Below, piece after piece: positions 1 to 13,397 of a stretch of 64,000 nucleotides of DNA. A model generated the notes under the pieces. It was given only the letters and a program-made list of their open reading frames with translations. It had not been told where the DNA came from and made no database searches. The translations under genes and the position numbers were made by a program. The stretch covers positions 28,768,001 through 28,832,000 of the forward strand of contig OX597818.1 in the NCBI GenBank assembly GCA_951406725.2, given 5' to 3'. How positions within the stretch are numbered: position 1 is the stretch's first letter; every line of letters begins with the position of its first letter. Origin of the DNA: Octopus vulgaris (taxonomy: Eukaryota).

Positions 1-735
1 TCTCTCTCATTCCACTTCCACCTCTCTAACAAACGAAAGTATAACAGGTGAACAAAGAAGCAAATTATTATATAGATAGTGTATATTTTATATGCAACAA
101 TGTTTTCATACATGCTACCCCAAGAAATCGAACTAAATCACCTCTTTTAAACTGCATCTTTCTCTTCTTCACATTTCCTCTTCATGCCATTAAAAACCAC
201 TCCCAAGTATGGTTCACCTATTGACATTTGTCCTTTATCCTTACCATCAATGAGCTAACCTCCACTATTGTTATTGATTTTCCCTTTTTCCACTATTCAC
301 CACATCTTACATCTGCTGCCACTTCCAACAGACAGCCATTCCATGTTCATACCACAAATGATCCTCCACCCTTCAAATTGGTATCCCTTTCTCAATTTCC
401 CCACCAATCACAACTGCCAGCCCCACAACTCATGACCCTATAATGAGCCCTCCATCATTCTCCTGTCGAAAGTGCTATTCTGCTGCTGTAAGAAACAAAA
501 ACAGAATACACCATACATTTATACCATACATATTGCCATCTCTGTACTGTGAGTTACCACTTCCTTTCCTTTGTACTATTTCCAGTCAGCATCTATTCCT
601 TATTCTTACTGTGTCCACTTATATACGTAAATCCTTTCCCTGTTCATGATTTATTACATCTCCTATGTTCATTTGACCTGTTTTATTCCATGGTTTGTAT
701 TCACCTCCTTTTCTCCCAAACTCTTACAACCTTAC

Positions 736-767
736 ACACCAGCATCCCTGATTCTGAAGTATCATCA
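736..767 (-). CDS. candidate 32-nt exon of an unidentified host gene
   Basis: Minus strand: ttccattctgtatttatag|TGATGATACTTCAGAATCAGGGATGCTGGTGT|gtaagg. A further strong acceptor (tttttgtttcttacag) lies at 486-503. Confidence 0.35.
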
Positions 768-892
768 CTATAAATACAGAATGGAAAAAGATATGTAAGT
801 GGAGGTCAAGTAGACAGCACGAATGTGTGTGTGTATATGATTGATTGATTCCAGTTCCAGCCTATGAGCTGTGGCCATGCTGGGGCACCATA

Positions 893-895
<3 letters not shown>

Positions 896-965
<70 letters not shown>

Positions 966-966
966 A
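896..966. repeat. (TG)n microsatellite
   Basis: Uninterrupted TG run. Confidence 0.97.
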
Positions 967-996
967 TGCTTCTCTGGAGACTGTCAGAATGATATA

Positions 997-1045
997 AATG
1001 TCTCCGATGAGAACACAATAAGGTTCGAAAATCGATTAAGGTTGT
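997..1045 (+). ncRNA. minimal hammerhead-ribozyme-like motif (CCGATGA core variant)
   Basis: CCGATGA-GAAC-acaataag-GTTC-GAAA-ATCGAT(palindrome)-TA; stem I weak. Confidence 0.5.
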
Positions 1046-1110
1046 TAATTGTATTTTTTCAGTCTGCAGAGAAATGGCTAAAATTTGCTTTGTTTATAAT
1101 TATACCTAAA

Positions 1111-1343
<233 letters not shown>

Positions 1344-1467
1344 TGAAGGCAGCAGTTTGCAGTGTTTCACCAAAAAGGAAAACTATAATTGTCACTAAAT
1401 GTGACTAGTGTGTTAGAAACACATACATTGCTAGAAATATGAGCTAAAATGCTCTAATGTTGTGTAA

Positions 1468-1510
<43 letters not shown>

Positions 1511-1513
<3 letters not shown>

Positions 1514-3127
1514 TGGGGGGAAATCAATATTCGTATATGTCAAAATTCTTTATCTATTTAATTTCTAATGAACATAAATGGAATATACCAATACTATATT
1601 TGCATACACATGCATAAACTAAGAATATGCAAAAGAAACTAATAAATTATAGTAACTAAGGAATTTATAGACAATTATAAATATTTAGGGTTGGAAAAAG
1701 TATTCGTACAGAATAAATTTTTGATTTTCTATGCCACAAAATACTGTTATAATATTTATTTTTAATAGAACTTTCTTGTTTGTTCCAATAATCTTATCAG
1801 TTGTCATTTTTAAGTATCAAAACGCTATCTTCTTCATTCAGCAGTGAGACAACATAAAGTAGTATCGTAATAATGGCGAAAAGTAAAGAACTCCCAAATA
1901 CAGTGAAAAACTTAATTATTGAACAGTGGAAAGGAGGTAAAAGTTACAGGAAAATATCAGAGACCCTTTGTATTCCATTTTCTACCATATCTTCATTTAT
2001 TCAAAGATATAAAATATTGGGAACTGTTGAAAACAGAATAAGATCTGGTGCATCACGCAAGATTTCCCCTAGAGCTTTAAGAAAAATGAAGCGAAGAATC
2101 AAAAAAAAAAAAAATGCAATGATCACCAGAAAGGAGTTGCAAGAAGATTTGTTAGCTTCAGGGACTAGTGTTACACTACAAACAATCAGCAATGAACTTC
2201 ATAGGAATGAACTGAAGTTACGCTCTCCTAGAATAACTCCACTGTTGACTAAAAGGCATAGAGATGCCCATTAAAAATTTGTTTTTTTGAACATAAAGAT
2301 AAAACTGATACATTCTGGGAAAATGTTCTATAGACAGACGAGTCGAAAATTGAATTGTTTGGATGAAAGTTCGTGTAGCCATGTTTGGAGGAAAGATGGT
2401 ACCGCCTATTCGCCGAAAAACACAATTCCTACCGTAAAGTTTGGAGGTTGCAGCATCATGGTGTGGGGGTGTTTCTCTGCAAATGATACTGGCAATTTAC
2501 ATGTGATAGATGGTGGAATGAATGCAGAGATGTACGAAAATATTTTGAACAATAATTTATGGGACCCTGTACAAAAGCTCCAGCTTTGTGAAGGGTGGGT
2601 TTTACTACAGGATAACGACCCTAAACACACAGCGAAGTCTACCAAAAAATGGATTGTTGATCACAATATAAAATTATTAGAATGGCCAAGCCTGTCACCT
2701 GACTTGAACCTCATTGAAAATTTGTGGTGTTATTTGAAAATTAAGATTCATTCAAGAACCCCAACGTATTGCAGATTTGAAGAAAATTTGTCAAGAAGAA
2801 TGGGAAAAATTCCTAAAGAAACATGCAAGTCATTGATTAAGAACTACAAGGAGAGATTGGTTGAAGTGGAACTGAATAATGGTTATGCTACGAAGTATTA
2901 AATCAGAATTATCAGTTATTTATGTTCTGTATGAATACTTTTTTCACCCCTAAATATTTATAATTGTATATAAGTTCCTTAGTTACTATAATTTATTAGT
3001 TTCTTTTGCATATTCTTAGTTTATGCATGCGTATGCAAATAGAATATTGGTATATCCTATTTATGTTCATTAGAAATTAAATAAATAAAGAATTTTGACA
3101 TATACGAATATTTATTTCCCCCCACTG
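1511..3127 (+). mobile_element. Tc1 (DD34E) transposon, full length, long TIRs
   Basis: About 200-bp inverted termini (1511-1713 / 2925-3127) starting CAGTGGGGG and ending CCCCCACTG, TA on both sides, inserted in (TA)n. Confidence 0.95.
1873..2901 (+). pseudogene. Tc1 transposase, disrupted by stops/frameshifts
   Basis: N-terminal HTH, NVL*TDESKIELFG, IMVWGCFS, QDNDPKH-(34 aa)-SPDLNLIE, C-terminal GYATKY; split over ORFs 1873-2274 and 2287-2901. Confidence 0.93.
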
Positions 3128-3739
3128 TATACATATATATATATATGTATATATATATACATATGTACAGGGAGGTGTTTTGGGACCATAGTTTACATTC
3201 ATGTGATGATTACAATATAATCTGTAATACCCATGTATATCTGGTGGGTCTCTGTGGGTGTGTAACATATACCTAGATGAAACTATGAAGATCATTACAT
3301 TCAGAAACTATGTAATTAATAGGCATTAAGAAGTAATTGTATCATGCAAACATAAGATCAAAGCATCCTTTCTAAGATTCGAATAGAACCTTAAGAAACA
3401 GAGAAACACTAACAACCATTAGCGTCTAACTGAACAATAGAAGGAATTTGTAAATGAACAAAACAAAACTATCTGGACATTATCATTTTTGTAAATCTGA
3501 TGTGAATCCTAAAATGGAATGGCTCTTGAATGTATGGGTTGGGGATCAGACTCATTGGAGTATACAGAAAAGCATAATGGTAAATATAAAAAAATAAAAG
3601 ACAGAAAAAAGCAATAGTTTGATTGAGGAGTTGCAGAAAAAGGAAGGTGAAACCTGTAATGAATATCTATTCCTATCTACAAAAGAATGATTTGAAGGGT
3701 TTAAGAAGTACTTGAATTCATACAACATAAAAATGATTG

Positions 3740-4620
3740 TGAAGCTGCCAATGCAGACAGAGAGACTGCATCTAATTATCCTGAGTAGTTGATGACAAAC
3801 ATTGCTGACAGTAAGTATACAATGTTGATGAAACTAAACTTTTTTGCTATAACTATAATTTCTGAAGGAGAAAAATCAACACCAGGATTTAAAGCTTCCA
3901 AAATTCATCTGACACTCTGGGAACAAATGCTGCTAGTGATATGGTGATATGAAATTAAAATTCCTACTTGAGCATCGCCCTGAAAATCCTGGGATTTTCA
4001 AGGCAACACACAAAGTTTCATCTACCACTGAATTTTTGTTCAAATATGAAGAAAAGGGCTATTAAGTCCTTTCAAAGATTGTTTTACAAATATTTTTCAT
4101 CCTATAGAAGGGTAGTGTCACCCAATATTTTCAACAAACAATACACAAAGCTACCTAGTGAACTTAAATGAAGTTTCTGTTAGTGTAAAAGTAGAGCAAG
4201 AACTTTCTTCTTCCAGTCAATAGAACAGTGTGTGACAGCAAACATTAAGTCATTTCATTTGAGAACTTCCAAACAGCTTATGAAAACAATTGACAGGAAA
4301 GAAACTTATATTTAGAGACATCTGGAAGAAGTTAAGCATATTGGGAGCTGTGGATAATGTAGACGAGTGATGGGACAAAGTGAAACCCTAAAATTTGAAT
4401 GGTGATTGAAAAAATATATGACCAGACTGCATCTGTGACTTTATAAAATTTCCACAAGCAGAAGGCCTATATCAAGTTTGGAAAGATGTTTTGACACTTG
4501 CATGTAATATAGGATTTTATGATGTCAAAGAAGATGACGGAGCTGAGTTGCTAGGGTACCATGGAGAAAGTATATTTAATGAAGAACTGATGCCCTCAGA
4601 AGAAGAACAATCTGAAAATA
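3740..4620 (+). mobile_element. degenerate pogo/Tigger transposase remnant
   Basis: Fragments translate as NVDETKLF, ISEGEKSTPGFKASK..LTL, GTNAASD, MKLK and ELLGYHGESIFNEELM, typical of Tigger-type DDE transposases. Confidence 0.7.
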
Positions 4621-6133
4621 TAGATAAGAATATAAGAATTCCTTCAAATCTCTTTAAATTATCTGGAAAAAAGATATTGGTAAGAGGTTCACCCTTATAG
4701 TGGAAGGCCTGCAATTGTAACATTAACTACAACACTTATCATGAATGTAGCATAAAAATTGTGAGAAGTATTTACAATGAGCTCACTTCCTACACCAAGG
4801 TATGATGTACCACAAACACTAAACAATCTTGGATGAGTTCTGAAACTATCAGACAGAAGATACATCATCCTGGTAGCTTTCATACCACCACCACCACCAC
4901 CACCACTTCTCACACAGTAGTCAACATCTTTATGGTAATATTAGAATTCTTATTCACTTTCTAAAGTGTCTCTCTTCAGATGTTCTCATGTATACTTATT
5001 GCTCTGTGTATGATTAGGAATTATTTTCCTGCATAAAAGGGATCATGTTGGAATGCATTCTTACTTTATAACATGAAAATGGGAAAATGAATGTTGCTAA
5101 AGGATTCTCACTGCAACTATATTTTCATGAATGCATTACTTCCATAAAACAGAGTATTCCTGGATATATTTTATACGTCTGTGTGCATGTGCACGAGGTT
5201 CTCAAAATGACTTGCCCTCCTCAGCAAAATGAGTTGTAGAAATGCTATATTTTGAGTTCAACTGTGACAGTGACTACCCACTCCTCATACATTATACATC
5301 TATTCTCCTGCTCCAGCAGACTACCCAATCATGTCATATCTCACCTTGTCCTCACCACTAGCAACTATATCATCTTTATTACTTCTGCTGCTTGATCCTC
5401 ATCATTATTCTTCTGTATCACTCTATCTACCCCAGCTCATATTTGTTGTTTCATCCACCCTTCAATCCTTCCCATTTTGGCAGTCTACTCCCTCACTCCT
5501 CATTCTCCTTCTCATACAACATTGCAAACCACTTACACATTTCTACTCAACAAGTACCTTGTGGGACCACATGGGTCCATTATCTATCTCTCTTTTTCAC
5601 TCCCCACTTCCTCCACTAGATGTGGCTATTCAACAAATGTGAATAGCCACATCTTGTAAATCCCTCTACAGAAATCTGCTTGGCTCCATCCTCACAGGCT
5701 TCCCCTCATCCCCTAGCATGACACTGACATTCCAACTTTCTCAGAGTTTGCAGTCCTGGAACTGCATGCCGACTTCAACAGTGCAAGCAGCATGAAAATG
5801 TACCTAGTCCATACTGTAAAGTGGTCAGCAATAGGAAGGGTGTCCAGCTGTAAGTACAATGCCAAAGCAAACACTGGAGCTCAATGCAGTCCTTAGATGC
5901 ATGAAATCCAGTAGCTAACTTATGCCAGCATGAAACATGGTCAATAAATGATAATCTCCATAAATTCAAGTGTACATATATATGAAAGTACAGATGTGTC
6001 ATTAAGAAGTCTGTATCCTCAATCAAATGGTTTCCAGTTATGTCCCTCTATGTAGCTCTTATGGCTAGTGCCCACAGGCTGGTTGAAGTCTTTTGAGTGG
6101 ATGTGAAAAAGAGAAACAAAGAAGCATGTTGTT

Positions 6134-6179
<46 letters not shown>

Positions 6180-6714
6180 TGTGTGTGTGTGTGTGTGCTT
6201 GTGTGTGTGAATGAATAATAGTGTATGTTTGGGTCTCTTCGTCTTGACATCACATGATTTTTTTAAATTAGTGTCACCATCAAAGAAGCAGCATCTTTCA
6301 CTTCCAAACTGAAGTTTGACCATGAGGAAATATCACCTTGCTAGAAAACAGGCTGGGGTTGGTGAAAGGAAGGTCATCTAGTTTTAGAAAATCTGTGTCA
6401 ATAAATTTCATCTTATACTTGCAACCATGGAAAAGTGGACATGTAGAATGCATCTATTTCATCAGATATTCAGAGTGAAAGATTTCAGACAAACTCAAGA
6501 TGGCTTGTTGATGTTAGGCCTTTAGTGGTCAGCTCAGATCATCTAGTGTTAATGCTATGGAAGCAACACCAGATATTTTCTTTATTCTTTGGTGGTAGGT
6601 TGTCATATAGCATATTTAGCGACACTAGTTCCTTGTATTGCACACCACCCATGGTAAGGTAGGACGTTGGCATGGATCAGTAGCTCAGTATCATTCAGTG
6701 CAGTATTAACACTG

Positions 6715-7115
6715 CAAAATCGTTTAAATTATTTTTGAGTGAATCACTCACTGGTCATTTCCTCACAAAACGTTTTGCTGATATTACGAGCAGTTTCAGC
6801 TGCTTTACATCCTTTTTTGAAGTTCAATAGCAAAATTACCCGAATATCGTGCTTTGATAGTTCCATTTCAGATGATTGTAACAATGGTGAAAAAAATAGC
6901 AATGTTAATTTATCGATGCATTTGGGCAAGTCTATGTCTGTATTATCAGATAATTGCAAAAAAATGTTTAAAAAAATCAAAACTCCGCAAAAATCCAGTA
7001 CAAATTCTTCATGGTTTGAAACGTAGCTTACTTTTTACTCAACCTGATAGCAGCAGATGAAGAGATCTTCAACAGGGTTATTCCACTATAATGAAGCATT
7101 AGAAAGGGATGGAAC
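6715..7115 (-). mobile_element. mariner 5' fragment
   Basis: MELSKHDIRVILLLNFKKGCKAAETARNISKTF resembles the first HTH of mariner transposases. Confidence 0.75.
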
Positions 7116-7199
7116 CAATAAATTAGTATACGAACAACTTTTTTTTATCCACTGACTTTATGTTTGTATGCATCTATGAATATATGTATTCTTATTTAT

Positions 7200-7397
7200 T
7201 CTTTTATTCCTTTATTTGTTTCAGTCATTTGACTGTGGCCATGCTGGAGCATTGCATTAGTTGAAGAAATCAACTCCAGGACTTATTCTTTGTAAGCCTA
7301 GTACTTATATTGGTCTCTTTTGCTGAACTGCTAAGTTTCAGGGATGTAAACACACCAACATCAGTTGTCAAGTGATGTTTTGTGGGGGACAAACACA
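7200..7397. repeat. SINE-like interspersed repeat
   Basis: tgtggccatgctggagca motif also seen at 870-890; flanked by low-complexity tails. Confidence 0.5.
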
Positions 7398-8124
7398 GAT
7401 AGACATGAAGACAGGGAAAGCACCTTGCCCATCAGGAATCGCTTCTGAGATGCTTAAAATATCAGGTGGTGTGGTTTATGGTCTTGTCACCTGCATCATA
7501 AATCAGGTAGTTCATGAAAGGTTCATATCCAATGACTTGTGTAGCAGCACCATAGTCAACCACTACAAAGGTAAAGGTGATGCTTTAAACAGAAATAATT
7601 AGAGGGGTATCAAATTATCGGATCAGGTGATGACAGTTACAGAGAGGGTCATAGCTCAACTAATTAGGGAGACAGTTAGCCTACATGAGATGCAGTTTGG
7701 TTTTATGCCAGGGAGAAGTACCACTGATGCTATATTTTTGGTAAGGCAACTGCAGGAGAAATATCTAGCCAAACATAAACCTCTGTACTTAGCTTTTATT
7801 GACTTGGAGAAAGCCTTTGACAGGGTCCCCCAATTCTTTATCTGATGATCAATGCAGAAACTGGGGATAGAGAAGAGGTTGGTAAGAGCTGTACAAGCCC
7901 TGTACATGGATGCTTTCAGTAAGGTGAGGGTTGGCAACATGTATGGTGAAGAATTCCAGATAGAAGTATGTGTTCATCAAGGATCAGTCCTCAGCTCCCT
8001 CTTATTCACTATAGTCCTCCAAGCAATAGCAGAGTAATTCAAGAGGGGCTGCATCTGGGAGCTCCTCTATGCTAATGACCTTGCTCTAATAGCTGAGTCA
8101 TTGCCAGAACTAGAGACAAAGTTT
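7398..8124 (+). mobile_element. RTE-clade LINE reverse transcriptase fragment
   Basis: MQFGFMPGRSTTDAIFLVRQLQEKYL, AFIDLEKAFDRVP, VHQGSVLS, LLYAND; homologous to 53223-54434; contains stops. Confidence 0.93.
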
Positions 8125-10035
8125 ATTGACGACTGTATCGGTGCCACCTCACACTCCTGCGAACATCTAGACTCCTTCTTCTCTTTCATCAAATCTTTCC
8201 ATCCTGCCCTCCACTTCTCCTGCACTATCTCTGACACCTCTGTCTCCTTTCTTGATATTTCGGTCAGCATTCATCACTCCACTCTTACCACCATCCACTA
8301 CAAACACACAGACTCACACCCATACCTAAACTTCTCCTCCGCCCACCCCAAACACACCAAGCTTTTCATCCCCTATTCCCAATTCCTCCGTCTACGCAGG
8401 CTCTGTAGTGACGACCATGACTTTGAGACTCAGTCTCAACTCATGGCTCGCCACTTCATCATACGTGGATGTCCCCTCACCACTATCCACACCGCCCTTG
8501 CCAGAGTACATTTCGTGGACTGTGCATCTGCTCTCTCCCATCGAACCCGCCCTGCAGTCTCCTGCCTCCCTTTTCCCCTCACCTACCACCCTAACTCTCC
8601 AACGCACCATTCTCCGAGCTTTCCGGCATCTCCAGTCCGACCCGTCCACTTTACACATCTTCCCTAACCGACCCCTCCCCTCCTTCAAACGAGACCTCTT
8701 GGTCCACAGCTTCTTCACCAACCCTATCTCCCAAACTGGCTCATTCTCCTGCTCCTGCACTTGCCCTTACCTCTCCAACACCACCCTCCTCACCAGCACC
8801 CATCATCGACCCAATCACATCATCAACTCTTTCACCTGCACTTCCAGCAATATCATCTATTGCATCTCCTGCTCTCTCTGCCATTCCCTGTACATCAGAC
8901 AAATGAGACGCCGCTTGGCTGACCGGTTCACGGAACACCTCTGAGACATCTGCCTCGGCAATGACACCCCAGTCTCATGCCATTTCCACTCCACCAGTCA
9001 CTCCTTGTAACACCTGTCTGTGTTCGGATTGTCCTTGCACAGAGGCCATCCAGACTCCCATTTGCACCGTGAACAGGGATTAATCTTCTCTCTTCGCTCT
9101 TTTATGCCATTTGGGCTCAACTCTCCTCCCCTCTTCATCTAACCTCCTCCCTGACTCCTGCTTCTCTTCACTCCTACATCTTTACACCCCTACTCTCCTT
9201 CTCTCTTCTCTCCCCCTCCATCCTCTTTCTTCCCACCCAACTCTCCTCTCTTGCCCTAACTCCTACTTCTCTTAACTGCTACATCTCTTCACCCCTACTC
9301 TCTCTCTTTCTCTGTTCTCTTCTACTCTCTTTCTCTCCCCTCCTTCGCTCTTCCCTCTTAATCTCTTCCTCTTTTCTCTTTCTCTCTCCTCTTTTATTCT
9401 CTTTCTCTCTTCCTCTCTCTCCTCACATACCCACCTTCCCCTCCACCCATAAACCCACCCACCCCTACTCCACATTCTCTATCCTTCCCATTCCCCCATC
9501 CTATCCCACACCCTCCCCCACATACCCCACCTCTACCTCCACCCTCTGCCTACCCACAAACTCCAACTCTATCCCAACCCCCAGCCGGACCCACACCCCA
9601 CCTGTGCTTTCTCCACTCTCACCTCCCCCACCTCCCAACAACATCACATCACAACACACGACCCACACACCCATCCCCACATCTTCACACCTACACATAC
9701 ATACACGCACATGTCCAGACCACCAGCTCTCTTTCCCATGCACATACATACTCTCTTATACACACATGCACCTTTATGTTGGGGTCATCTTTACCTTGTT
9801 ATCTCCGCTACTTTCCTTCCCATGTTTGACCCTTCAGTCCGGCACGAGTCGCCATGATAGATCGTTAGCCACTACACACATTTTTTTCTCTCCTTGTTTT
9901 TTCTGTGTCCCTTTCTGCAGAAGAGCGTAGACTCGAAACGTTAAAGTCTTTTTCTATTCCTGAGCGTTATACTAATACATGTTTGTTTTGTACACCACCT
10001 GTCTTCGTCTTTTGTTTTTTTTTCATAAACTCTCC
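8122..10035 (+). mobile_element. Penelope-like element, 5'-truncated (RT C-terminal half, GIY-YIG, C-rich 3' region)
   Basis: FIDDC, VSFLDISV, YKHTDSHPYLNFSSAHP, IPYSQFLRLRRLCS, then FTCTSSNIIYCISCSLCHSLYIRQ..RRLADRFTEHL; hammerhead-like motif near the 3' end. Confidence 0.9.
9911..9946 (+). ncRNA. degenerate hammerhead-like motif at PLE 3' end
   Basis: cttt-CTGCAGA-A-GAG-cgtaga-CTC-GAAA-CGT-TA-aag; core deviates from CTGANGA. Confidence 0.45.
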
Positions 10036-10140
10036 CTATATATATATGTATAATGATGAAATCTATATAAGATTTTAGTGAGTACCAGCATGTAAACCAA
10101 TTAAGGAAAAAAAATCTAAATTCTTCCTCTATTTATAAAA

Positions 10141-10343
10141 TACATTATAATATAAAGGGCTATAACTGTGTGTAAAAGCCACATGCTTTAATGGGACTCT
10201 AAAGTCAAACTACTTCAATAAGTATACATACGTGCCCACATCGATGTCGATGCATGTATATATTTATTGAAGTAGTTTGACTTTAGAATCCCATTAAAGA
10301 GTGTGGCTTTTTGCACAGTAATAGCCCTTGATATTATAATGCA
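10141..10343. repeat. fold-back / hairpin element
   Basis: About 90-bp arms (aagggctat...aaagtcaaactacttcaataa versus ttattgaagtagtttgacttt...atagccctt) with a short loop. Confidence 0.85.
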
Positions 10344-10574
10344 TGTATGCGTGTATATATATATATATATATATATATAAGTTATGAGAGGTAATGGTGC
10401 CAATAAGACCCAAAAGTGTCAGGTAATGCTGAGTAAGTGCTATGGACAGACCATAGTTAAGCTCCAGGTTCAGAGATTATGCGAATAAAGAGTCCAAAGT
10501 TGGTCATATATCAGCAAGTGTATATAAAAAAAATCCAAGGCTGTGAAGATTTTAGAACATTTAGAAATAGAAGG

Positions 10575-10621
10575 TCTTACAGCTGTTTCCGGGACGTTTT
10601 ATACATCCCTTCATCGGAGAT
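10575..10621 (-). ncRNA. minimal hammerhead-ribozyme-like motif
   Basis: Minus strand: tct-CCGATGA-A-GGGATG-tataaaa-CGTCCC-G-GAAA-CAGCTG-TA-aga. Confidence 0.6.
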
Positions 10622-11057
10622 GGTGTGAGAAAATGGTTAAGAAATAGTTAATTTAGATAAGATATGAAATAGAGAGTGAAGTGGAGGAATGAAAATATAT
10701 GTGAGATATGTAGGGATATTGCATTTGTAGATCCATTATTTAGGTAGAATGGTATACATATAAGATTCCAATACCTTGTGAGTAAATTCCAGTAGTATTT
10801 AAAATTGGTCACTCCAAGTATAGAGTTTGTACACAGTGTTATTGATACACGTATATATGAGTATACATATGTTAACGTTAAGTTGAGAGTATACAACTGC
10901 TCTATCATTCCACCACTGCTTATATCTCTCTGAGATATTTAGAAATTTAATATTTCTATTTTTTTCTTTGTGATCAGTGAATTTACTTCACTGAAATTAT
11001 ATATGTTTACAAGTTCTAGACAAGTATCTGCAGCCAGCTAGCAAGCCATGCTACTCA

Positions 11058-11093
11058 AGACTGATGATGAGCAAGACTCAAAAACATGTCTCT
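11058..11093 (+). ncRNA. hammerhead-like motif with GAAA>AAAA change
   Basis: aga-CTGATGA-TGAG-caaga-CTCA-AAAA-CATG-TC-tct. Confidence 0.55.
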
Positions 11094-11304
11094 GGTGCAG
11101 GCTTAGCTGGATGGGGGTGCTTGTCTCCTCCTTGTAAACATAAGGACACAGGAAATATGTCAAGGCCGACAGGAAGCCTTGATGCTTCCTAGGGCTAAAT
11201 GGTGTGATTCCCTTTATGAAACTGTCATGTTAAGTTGACAGTATACAACTGCTCTATCGTTACACCACTGCGTATATCTCTCTGAGATATTTAGAAATTT
11301 AATA

Positions 11305-11375
<71 letters not shown>

Positions 11376-12487
11376 CAGACATGAAAGTAAACTTTGAATG
11401 CAGCATTGCTGTTAAGACAACTGAGAAGGATAGGGTGTTTTCCCTAGGGAGATAAAAATAATGTTGCCAGTAGACAGCTATGGAGAATTGAAGCCTGCTT
11501 CTCTCAAATACAGGCTGAATGCTCCTTCTAAATTCCAGGCCTTGCATCTATAATTGGAAGAACTATTACTATTTATACTCTTGATGCTTATTTGAAAAAT
11601 GACTACTATATCATTGAGACATAAGATAAAGAATAAATAGATAACACAATAAAACAAAATATTAAATTTTACTATGTATCCTGCTGCACTTCCAACATCA
11701 TCTTCTTCTGTCTGTCTTTCACTCTGACTCTAACTCTCCTTTCTTTTTCTACTGGTGTAGCCAAGTATGGTAAGACATCTCTCTATCTCTCTATTACACT
11801 TTAACCTCTCAACTGGCACAATGCTTCTTTGCTTACTCCCAGCCAAGAGGTTTTTGTCTTGCATGTTACTTTGCAATCCAATGTAAAGTGGTTAGAATTA
11901 GGAAGGACATCCAGGCATAGAAATCTTGCCAAAGCAGACAATGGATCCTGATGTAGTTCTCCAGCTTGCCATTTCCTGTCAAACCATCTATCCCATGCTA
12001 GCAGGAATATAGATGTTAAAACATGATGACATTGATGATGATGATGGTGCTTGCATTCATGCAGATGTCTGAATGTATATATATGTGTGTATAAATATAT
12101 ATTTTTGGCTTATACCTAAATACTGCTTGGTGCTAATATTACTGTAATTTTCATGACCTTGGTGGTCTACTGGCACACATCAGTAATTGTTGTTGACTGT
12201 GTTTTAGTTAAAGGTCTGTCCAGAGTTGTCTCTCTTTGGTGTTTCACATTGATAATGGCTAGAAGCTAGAAACATCCATGTCTGAGAATCTGACAGGTGA
12301 CAGCACTGGATAGATATGGTGTTTTTACACCTTTTTTTACAGTAAGAGAGAATTTTTCTCTCTGGTAACTGCTCTGAATTTGCCTTTTGTATTTGAAATA
12401 TGTCACAAACATAAATTTAGCTTATACCTAAACTGCTTGGCACAGATACTACAGTAATACATACACACACACACACACACACACATA

Positions 12488-12906
12488 TATTGTGTGATAC
12501 AAACAAAAGTTGATATTTTTTTAATGCAGTGTTATCATTTGAACAGCGGAAGTAATGGGTAAATACCCTTAAAAGGTGGAAAAAGTTGTTGACAAACAGC
12601 CATGGGACTTGAATCCACATCCCCCAAGACTCCAGCTGAGTGATTTGCCATTAAGTTAAACTGCCTGCTGACAAATTCATCTGCCGATTTAGATGCTAAA
12701 TAACTTATTGAACAACCACGCATGTTGCTTTTATTAGAAGTGTCAAAATGTGCATTGTACAATACAAATAAGAAGTTGATATTTTTTCAAACAAAGTTTG
12801 TTGACAACTTTTTTCGCCTTGTAAAGCTATTTACCCATTATCTCTGTTGTTCTGACAGCAATACTGAAATAAAAAAACATCAGCTTCTTGTTTCTTTCAT
12901 AGAATA
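12488..12906. mobile_element. MITE-like element with about 110-bp diverged inverted arms
   Basis: taatgggtaaata...aaaaagttgttgacaaac (to 12598) versus gtttgttgacaacttttt...tatttacccatta (from 12796). Confidence 0.65.
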
Positions 12907-12962
12907 CATATTTCAATGCTCCAAATAAAAATTACCATTAGTTTGTTTATATTTATATGCAT

Positions 12963-12998
<36 letters not shown>

Positions 12999-13358
12999 GT
13001 ATATAAGTATAGATATATGTGTACATATGTATGTGTGTACATGTATATACATAAATATATGTATTTTCTCTATCTTGTTTTCACTCCTCTTAATATTTTA
13101 AACTCTTTGAAGAATTATAGACAGAGGTTCTATACATTTTTCAACATGTATACTTTTGTGACACCAATTCTATAATGAAACATGCGTAACGTAAAATTAA
13201 ATTATACCAAACATTTTCATTCTTCTGTTTTGACATTTGTATTTGTGCGTGTGTGTGTATGCATGCATATGTTTGGGTGTGTGTAGTGTACATATTACTA
13301 TTATATATATTAACTGTATATATATAATTCTGAAAGTAATGGCATTAATTATACTTAC

Positions 13359-13397
13359 TGTTTGGCTTGGATGAAATTGCATTAGCACGTGCCGCAT
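13359..13397 (-). CDS. candidate 39-nt exon of an unidentified host gene
   Basis: ttttcattttctcttttaaag|ATGCGGCACGTGCTAATGCAATTTCATCCAAGCCAAACA|gtaagt; CpG-retaining island within AT-rich unique DNA. Confidence 0.55.
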
